Source: Clostridia bacterium (lineage in GTDB: Bacteria; Bacillota; Clostridia; Christensenellales; UBA1242). Taken from it: a stretch of DNA of 64,000 bases. The stretch covers positions 21,844-85,843 of the forward strand of contig JAFUSN010000001.1 in NCBI GenBank assembly GCA_017467625.1. The letters are read 5' to 3'. Position 1 is the stretch's first letter. Every line of letters starts with the position of its first letter. Under the pieces are notes generated by a model. It was given only the letters and a program-made list of their open reading frames with translations, was not told the origin of the DNA and did not search any database. A program made the position numbers and the translations under genes. Below are positions 58,192-64,000 of the stretch, piece by piece.

Positions 58192-58808
58192 TATGCGCGT
58201 ACCTCCTCAATTTTCTTTGCAGCGTCTTTTGTGATTACAACTGCATCTGAAACAACCAAGTCATATGTGTTTAAAACATCTGCTGTTGTTACATAAGCGT
58301 TTTCAAGGTTTGCAAATGCACGGATTGCATTGTCATTAACGCCATCTGTTACAACTGTTACTCTTCTTTCAAGTTTAAGAGCTTTAAGAGCTGCAACAGC
58401 TTCTTTTGTTTTTCCTGTCAAATTGATTTCATCAACAACTTTAATTGCACCTTCAGCCATCATTGTTGAAAGAGCACTAACAAATGCTGCCTTTCTCATT
58501 TGATCAGTAAGCTTTTTAGAAAAATCTCTTGGCTTTGGAGCAAAAACAATTCCACCATGAATCCATTGTGGTGAACGGATTGAGCCTTGACGAGCACGAC
58601 CTGTTCCTTTTTGTCTCCAAGGTTTTCTTCCTCCACCAGCAACTTCGCTTCTGGTAAGAGTTGATTTTGTGCCTTGTCTTTGATTTGCAAGATAGGTAAC
58701 AACTGCTTGATGAATAAGATCTTCATTATATGGAGCCTTAAAAACTTCATCAGAAAGTGTAACTTTTCCTACTTCTTCGCCAGCTAAATTATAAACTTTT
58801 GTCTGCAT
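58191..58808 (-). CDS. rplD: 50S ribosomal protein L4
   Basis: GGGRKPWRQKGTGRARQGS. Confidence 0.97.
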   Translation of the reverse strand: MQTKVYNLAGEEVGKVTLSDEVFKAPYNEDLIHQAVVTYLANQRQGTKSTLTRSEVAGGGRKPWRQKGTGRARQGSIRSPQWIHGGIVFAPKPRDFSKKLTDQMRKAAFVSALSTMMAEGAIKVVDEINLTGKTKEAVAALKALKLERRVTVVTDGVNDNAIRAFANLENAYVTTADVLNTYDLVVSDAVVITKDAAKKIEEVRA

Positions 58809-58824
58809 AACTTTTTCCCCCTAC

Positions 58825-59454
58825 CTAAGCTTTTACAGCGCTGCAAATTGAAACAACTGCACCGCTAGCCCCAGGAATTGCACCTTTAATTAAAATAAGG
58901 TTTCTTTCTGCATCGACTTTTGCAATTTCAAGATTTTGGATTGTAACTTTCTCATTTCCCCAATCACCAGGAAGTTTGTGTCCCTTAAATACTTTTGATG
59001 GGGTTGAGTTTGCTGCAAGCGCACCAGGTGCTCTGTGAATTGGACCAGCACCATGGCTCATTCTCTGTCTTGAAGCATTCCATCTTTGAATGTTTCCTGA
59101 GAATCCATGACCTTTGCTGTAACCAGATACATCAACTTTGTCACCAGCGTTGAATACGCTGCATTTAATTTCTGCACCAAGCGTTAAACCTTCAGCAGAA
59201 ATTTTAAATTCTTTTAAATATTTTTTAGCTGAAATGTTAGCTTTCTTTAAATGTCCAGCTTCAGCCTTTGTGAGTCTTGATTCTTTTGTATCCATAAATG
59301 CAAGTTGAACTGCGTTATAGCCATCAACAGTTTCAGTTTTAATTTGTGATACATAGCAAGGACCAGCCTCAACAACAGTCACAGGGATAACAACACCAGT
59401 TTCAGTGAAGATTTGTGACATACCGATTTTTTTGCCAAGTATTGCGTTTTTCAT
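58825..59454 (-). CDS. rplC: 50S ribosomal protein L3
   Basis: ILGKKIGMSQIF...KGHGFSG. Confidence 0.97.
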   Translation of the reverse strand: MKNAILGKKIGMSQIFTETGVVIPVTVVEAGPCYVSQIKTETVDGYNAVQLAFMDTKESRLTKAEAGHLKKANISAKKYLKEFKISAEGLTLGAEIKCSVFNAGDKVDVSGYSKGHGFSGNIQRWNASRQRMSHGAGPIHRAPGALAANSTPSKVFKGHKLPGDWGNEKVTIQNLEIAKVDAERNLILIKGAIPGASGAVVSICSAVKA

Positions 59455-59481
59455 AGTATCTTTTTCTCCTCCTGCGACCTA

Positions 59482-59790
59482 TTATAATTTTATTTTGATA
59501 TCAACACCTGCTGGGAGCTCAATCTTCATGAGTGAGTCAACCGTTTTTGCAGATGGGTTGTAGATATCAATCAACCTTTTATATGTTCTCATTTCAAATT
59601 GTTCACGACTGTCTTTATATTTGTGAACTGCACGAAGTATTGTAACAACTTCTTTTTCTGTTGGCATAGGAATTGGTCCTGAATATTTAGCACCAGACTT
59701 TTTAACAGTCTCAATAATTCTTGCTGCACTTTGGTCAACAAGGTTATGATCATATGCCTTTAATTTAATTCTCATTTTTTGTACTGCCAT
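59482..59790 (-). CDS. rpsJ: 30S ribosomal protein S10
   Basis: [12 protein letters not shown]...GPIPMPT. Confidence 0.97.
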   Translation of the reverse strand: MAVQKMRIKLKAYDHNLVDQSAARIIETVKKSGAKYSGPIPMPTEKEVVTILRAVHKYKDSREQFEMRTYKRLIDIYNPSAKTVDSLMKIELPAGVDIKIKL

Positions 59791-60070
59791 TATTTTCCTC
59801 CAAGTTATTATTTACCGAAATCACATTGCGCCACTGGGTTATTCAGCTTTGGCGTGCGCATGTGCTCCGTCGCCTTAATCTCTTGTCAAGACTATTGTCC
59901 GCCGAAGTTATCTTTCTTGGGCTATAATAAGTAACCTCCGGCATCAACCCGATATTTTAAGTTCCAAAAGTAATTTGGAGTTGCAAATTTTAAATCATCT
60001 GTACTTTCCTATTATTTTTGAATTGTGATTTACAAAAGAGCGCAAACCACCCCTACCCTCAAAATATAAC
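59791..60070 (-). promoter_or_regulatory. Long (about 280 nt), locally GC-rich 5' leader of the S10 operon; candidate cis-regulatory RNA
   Basis: Lies between the promoter at 60078-60106 and rpsJ. Contains GCCGgAGgTTA...TAAcTtCGGC and GGCG...CGCC stems. Clearly more GC-rich than neighbouring intergenic DNA. Confidence 0.45.
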
Positions 60071-60077
60071 CTTAATC

Positions 60078-60106
60078 ATTTTACTATACACCCGGCTTCG
60101 TGTCAA
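60078..60106 (-). promoter_or_regulatory. Promoter of the S10 operon
   Basis: Minus strand: TTGACA (60106-60101), 17 nt, TAAAAT (60083-60078). Confidence 0.6.
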
Positions 60107-60239
60107 GTGGTTTTTATAAAATAATTTAATTATTTTTTATGTCCACTAAATTTGCTTAAATTAGATTTTTTTTAAAGTTTAAGTATTTCATTTGTCTTTA
60201 AATTACATCTTCAATATAATAATAAGCGAGGTGAAACAA

Positions 60240-60827
60240 ATGAAAATTGGCGTTGACTTTGATGGAGTTATTATTGACACTGAAAGAAATCTTAAATTTT
60301 GGGCAGATTATTACTCATATTTCAAGCTTAATGGAATGACCAGAAAAACAGGAAGATACACAGCACAAGAAAAATGCTTTGACTGGAATGACGAACAAAT
60401 AAAAACTTTTTACAAAAAATATTATATTGGAATATCAAAAAATGCACCATTTTTACCAGGCGTTAAAGAAGTCTGCGAGCAACTAAAAAAACAGGGACAT
60501 GAAATTTATGTCATTACCGCCCGTGAATCAAACAATGGACAGTTTGATGAAACCATTTATGCTAAACGCAGAATTAAAGAACTTGGATTTGAGTTTGATG
60601 GAATTTACTTTGATGTTTTCAACAAACCTGAAAAATGTAGAGAACTCGGCATTGACATAATGGTTGACGATGGACCACAAAATGTTGAAATGTTTGCAGG
60701 AACTGAAATTTTGACACTTTATTTTAAAGATGTTCAAATTCAAAATATAACAGCACCAAATATAAAAAAAATAGATACCTGGATGGATATCTATTTAGAA
60801 GTTCAAAAGCAAATGAAAAAGAAATAA
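60240..60827 (+). CDS. HAD-superfamily hydrolase, 5'(3')-deoxyribonucleotidase-like
   Basis: MKIGVDFDGVIIDTE (DxDG motif), ...VITAR..., MVDDGPQN; start at Met17 of the ORF. Confidence 0.55.
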   Translation: MKIGVDFDGVIIDTERNLKFWADYYSYFKLNGMTRKTGRYTAQEKCFDWNDEQIKTFYKKYYIGISKNAPFLPGVKEVCEQLKKQGHEIYVITARESNNGQFDETIYAKRRIKELGFEFDGIYFDVFNKPEKCRELGIDIMVDDGPQNVEMFAGTEILTLYFKDVQIQNITAPNIKKIDTWMDIYLEVQKQMKKK

Positions 60828-60853
60828 AAGCACTGCCAAATTGGCGGTGCTTT
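60827..60853. terminator. Bidirectional terminator (HAD gene / rplI)
   Basis: AAAGCACTGCCAA-A-TTGGCGGTGCTTT. Confidence 0.7.
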
Positions 60854-61293
60854 TATTTTGCATTAATTTTAACTTTAAGTTTACATGAAACACCCTTATA
60901 AAGTTTCACATCAACTTCATAAAGTCCCTCTCTTTTAAGTGATTCAGTTGACACATTCTTTTTATCAACAGTGTAACCAAGTGTATCAAGTTTTTCAGCA
61001 ATTTCTTTAGCTGTGATTGAACCAAAGGCCTTTCCCCTCTCACCCACTTCAATATCAAATTCAAGTGTGAGTTCTTTAAGCTTTTCAGCAACAACCTTTG
61101 CCGCAGCCGTTTCCTCGGCAATGCGCTTTGCTTCCTCGGCTTTAATTTTGTTGTTTGCATTAACATTGGCCTGGTTTGCTGGAACTGCTAAATTATTTTT
61201 AAACAAAAAATTGTTTGCATATCCATCACTAACATTAATTTCATCGCCCTTTTTTCCTTGAGCTTTCACATCTTTAAGTAAAATTACTTTCAT
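60853..61293 (-). CDS. rplI: 50S ribosomal protein L9
   Basis: [30 protein letters not shown]. Confidence 0.95.
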   Translation of the reverse strand: MKVILLKDVKAQGKKGDEINVSDGYANNFLFKNNLAVPANQANVNANNKIKAEEAKRIAEETAAAKVVAEKLKELTLEFDIEVGERGKAFGSITAKEIAEKLDTLGYTVDKKNVSTESLKREGLYEVDVKLYKGVSCKLKVKINAK

Positions 61294-61342
61294 AATTTCC
61301 TCCTACAATCAATTATAACTTACTAAATAATTTTGTCAAGGA

Positions 61343-61372
61343 CGCAAAAAGCATGGCGAGTGCCATGCTTTT
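61343..61372 (-). terminator. Terminator of the GT2 gene
   Basis: GCATGGC-actc-GCCATGC plus T5 on the minus strand, overlapping the stop codon. Confidence 0.75.
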
Positions 61373-62723
61373 ATTTTTCAGTTTTAATTTCAACTTTGTT
61401 TTCCTCTTTTTCAACATGTTCTTTGTTTACCATTTCAAAATTAGTTGTATCTTTATGCGGAATTGTTTTCCATCCAACATTTTTAGAAAATAGTGCAACA
61501 AAATCAGTAACAATATTCAAAGCTACGAAAATTGGCCAAAACAGAACAGCTGAAAGTCCAGTCCAAAAATTAAGTTTCTGCAATCTTTTATTTCCCAAAA
61601 TAAATATAATAATTGCGCTGAGCATTCCAGCCCCATAAGCAGTTGCCAAACTTATTCCTGTGCTCTTTAGCCACCCCAGCCAGTAAGCCCCAACATCAAC
61701 TGGTCCAAAAAGCGGAGCAATGGCAAGCAAAACAAACTGAAGAACATACAAGCAAACTGAAATTATGTAAAATGGCAAGATATTTGTCAAAATGTCATAA
61801 CTTGAACCTCTGTTTATTTTTGGTTCATCTGCCTTTTGTTTCCTAAAGATATTTTTAAATAAATCTTTTGCACGAGTTGCGCAAACAATAAGGTGTCCTT
61901 TTGCCCATCTAATTCTTTGCCTTAACATAATTTTAAAACTTGTTGGTTGTTCGTCAAAAAATTCAGCTTCATCACAATAATAAATTTTATTTCCATGCAA
62001 AATCTGGTCTGCTGAAAATTCCCAGTCTTCAGTAAGTGTTACATAAGGCCATCCATCTTTAAGGGCTGATGAATTCATCAAATGTCCAGTCCCCTGAACT
62101 CTTGTTGAACAACCAAAAATAGTTCTTGCTCTGCCCTCAAAAATACACCCGGATAAAAATAAAAGACCATATGATGCACTGATTGCATTTGTTCCAAGAT
62201 TTTTTGTGTTTCTAAAAGAAGTGATAACATTTTTACATCCATAGTATTCAAATGCATCATTCATTTTTTCAATGTAGTTATATTTCAGAACATTATCTGC
62301 ATCAAACATGAAATAGCCTTCATAGGTTTCAATTCCGTAATCCTTTTGAATTTGATCAAACAAATACTTAAGTGCATATCCCTTTGTTTTTTCATTTTCA
62401 TTGTTATATTCATAAACGGTTGCACCAAGTTCTCTTGCAATTTCTGCAGTTCTATCTGTGCAGTTATGTGCAATAACAAAAATATGAATTTTCTCTTGTG
62501 GATATTTTTGCTTTTGAATGCTCTTGATTAAATTTCCAATAACCTTATCTTCATTTCGCGCTGAAATTACAACGCCGTAATTATGTTGAACTTTTGCCTT
62601 TGGAAATTTTTTCCTGGCAAAAATTCCCACTATCAAAAAAATAAAATAGTGAAGCGTTAAAGCTGATATTATTCCTGTTATAATTTGAAAAATTAAATTT
62701 ACAATTTCAATATATGTCATCAT
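61371..62723 (-). CDS. Membrane-embedded family-2 glycosyltransferase, processive type
   Basis: VVISARNED, FDADN (DxD) and QRIRWAKG (QxxRW) motifs, N- and C-terminal TM segments. Confidence 0.85.
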   Translation of the reverse strand: MMTYIEIVNLIFQIITGIISALTLHYFIFLIVGIFARKKFPKAKVQHNYGVVISARNEDKVIGNLIKSIQKQKYPQEKIHIFVIAHNCTDRTAEIARELGATVYEYNNENEKTKGYALKYLFDQIQKDYGIETYEGYFMFDADNVLKYNYIEKMNDAFEYYGCKNVITSFRNTKNLGTNAISASYGLLFLSGCIFEGRARTIFGCSTRVQGTGHLMNSSALKDGWPYVTLTEDWEFSADQILHGNKIYYCDEAEFFDEQPTSFKIMLRQRIRWAKGHLIVCATRAKDLFKNIFRKQKADEPKINRGSSYDILTNILPFYIISVCLYVLQFVLLAIAPLFGPVDVGAYWLGWLKSTGISLATAYGAGMLSAIIIFILGNKRLQKLNFWTGLSAVLFWPIFVALNIVTDFVALFSKNVGWKTIPHKDTTNFEMVNKEHVEKEENKVEIKTEK

Positions 62724-62861
62724 CGGTATCCTTATTATTGTTACTCAATCATTTTAACACACAAAACTTAATAACGCCAATCTTTTTATATCTTTAAACG
62801 ATTTTGTGTATAAAATTATTTTTTGATTTATAAAAATTTGTTTTATGGCAACAATATAGTT

Positions 62862-63149
62862 ATGTTCGATTTAAAATGTAAACAAAGCAATTGCACATTC
62901 AACAAAATGCATGTATGCTCAGCAAGTGAAATTAATGTAGATAAAAAAACACACTGCAAAACTTTTGAAGAAAATAATTTAAAACCGAAAGAGCGTGAAC
63001 AAATAATTCAGCCGATGATAAGAAAAAATATATGCGTAAATTGCCAAGCAGACTGTATTTTTAATCATCAATCAATTTGTAACGCAAACGGCATTTCCGT
63101 TTTAACCGACAAAGAAAATCCAATTTGCTGCACATTTTTGCCAAAATAA
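62862..63149 (+). CDS. DUF1540 domain protein (two Cys-rich repeats)
   Basis: CKQSNCTFNKMHVCSA...CKTF and CVNCQADCIFNHQSICNA...CCTF. Confidence 0.75.
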   Translation: MFDLKCKQSNCTFNKMHVCSASEINVDKKTHCKTFEENNLKPKEREQIIQPMIRKNICVNCQADCIFNHQSICNANGISVLTDKENPICCTFLPK

Positions 63150-63172
63150 AAATCCACAGATTGTGGATTTTT
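63148..63172. terminator. Bidirectional terminator
   Basis: AAAAATCCACA-gat-TGTGGATTTTT. Confidence 0.75.
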
Positions 63173-63701
63173 ATTCATTTACTGGTTGCTCTGATTCCTG
63201 AATTCTTCCAAGGAACTCATCATATGACTTTCCATTCAAAATATATTTTGTTACATATTTGTTAAGAATATCTATATCATCATTAACTTTACAATTTTGA
63301 AAATATGCATCTCTTGGATGTCTCCAATCAAGTTTATTCAAAATTCTCAAATCAAATGCTGAAGTATAAAATTTACTACTAATTCTTTTTCTTGCAATTT
63401 CATCATCCATATCATTTAATGCAATATCCAAAACATCACGAATATCAGTAAGTTCCCTTTTATATGATTTAATATCATCATTTTTAATAAAAAGAATTTT
63501 TCTAAGCAAGCTTTTCCCCATTTTAAATTTTGTGTCATATTCAGAAATAGGTCTTAACGATGATTTAACAGCTCTCTCAAGTGAATATCCAAATTCATCG
63601 TGGAATCTTAAAACATTTTTTACTAATTGTTTATCTGCCTGAATATTTTTATTATTTAAATATTCAATAAGCTCATCTTCTGTAAAAAAAGTTAACTTCA
63701 T
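63171..63701 (-). CDS. Hypothetical protein, 176 aa
   Basis: Intact ORF abutting the upstream 69-aa ORF; AT-rich; no family recognised. Confidence 0.55.
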   Translation of the reverse strand: MKLTFFTEDELIEYLNNKNIQADKQLVKNVLRFHDEFGYSLERAVKSSLRPISEYDTKFKMGKSLLRKILFIKNDDIKSYKRELTDIRDVLDIALNDMDDEIARKRISSKFYTSAFDLRILNKLDWRHPRDAYFQNCKVNDDIDILNKYVTKYILNGKSYDEFLGRIQESEQPVNE

Positions 63702-63911
63702 TTACTGCTCTCCTCTTTGTGTCGGTTTTTTAGAATTGTTAGAATTTGATTTAGTAAGCATTGCAAGTGCAGCATGCAATTCAGCAAGTTTATCTGAAAA
63801 AATTGCACTATCGGGTTCTGGCAATTCAACAAAATTATTTTTGCTTATATATGAAATAACATCTTTATAATCACCAAAACAATCATTAAACATTGAATAT
63901 ACGAAATCCAT
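63702..63911 (-). CDS. Hypothetical protein, 69 aa
   Basis: Intact ORF; its stop directly abuts the start of the 176-aa ORF. Confidence 0.45.
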   Translation of the reverse strand: MDFVYSMFNDCFGDYKDVISYISKNNFVELPEPDSAIFSDKLAELHAALAMLTKSNSNNSKKPTQRGEQ

Positions 63912-64000
63912 ATCACTCTTTGTTGCGGATTCTGATAAACCATCAATAACTGATGTTGCATAGTTTAAGATTCTTAAATATTCTTCAGTATTTTTTGTTA

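Noticed and set aside
60030-60062. T-box-like string GAGGGTAGGGGTGGTTTGCGC at the 5' end of the S10 leader
   Set aside because: It resembles the GGGTGGTACCGCG T-box core, but it sits at the start of the leader rather than in an antiterminator next to a terminator. No specifier-loop architecture is evident, and the downstream genes are not aminoacyl-tRNA related.
1-64000. Possibility of an alternative genetic code (TGA as Trp) given the low GC content
   Set aside because: All conserved genes, including the r-proteins, PFOR, SecY and RNase R, are full length in the standard code with Trp at TGG, so no recoding is needed.
1-64000. Search for CRISPR arrays, IS elements, integrases and rRNA
   Set aside because: I saw no regularly spaced direct repeats, no transposase- or integrase-like ORFs, and no rRNA-like segments. 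The only mobile-element hint is the weak att-like repeat near ssrA, reported separately.

Overview
Low-GC, Firmicutes/Clostridia-like chromosomal segment read in the standard genetic code; about 85% of genes are on the minus strand. It is dominated by housekeeping genes. The complete S10-spc-alpha ribosomal protein cluster (rpsJ to rplQ, 59790 down to 44550) includes secY, adk, infA, rpmJ and rpoA. An origin-proximal-style block holds rsmA, tatD, spmAB, a trmN6-like methyltransferase, a small ferredoxin, ricT/yaaT, holB, greA, a SipL-like protein and veg. Other recognisable genes are acpP, an HtrA-like protease, ung, rpsI-rplM, truA, PFOR (nifJ), metK, xth, glgBA, a second GreA paralog, an FNT channel, rnr, smpB and mgtE. 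RNA features found by eye are tRNA-Glu(CUC), tmRNA (ssrA), a SAM-I riboswitch before metK and an M-box before mgtE. Two short CDSs missing from the ORF track are a 58-aa 2x[4Fe-4S] ferredoxin and L36. I saw no CRISPR array, transposase, integrase or rRNA. No clear novel multi-gene system stands out. The most interesting items are (i) an orphan promoter-to-terminator unit predicting a ~70-nt purine-rich sRNA next to the nifJ terminator and (ii) a truncated barnase-like RNase with an intact barstar beside the ssrA 3' end. Also (iii) an AT-rich orphan ORF splits the rnr-smpB-ssrA block, (iv) a long GC-rich leader precedes the S10 operon, and (v) several ribosomal proteins carry low-complexity extensions, notably a 91-aa Ala/Lys/Pro/Thr-rich N-terminus on L30. 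Finally, (vi) a Rho-like protein lacks the ATPase and (vii) a three-gene operon of unknown function includes a kinase-like protein with a degenerate P-loop. All family assignments come from motif recognition by eye and need HMM or BLAST confirmation.
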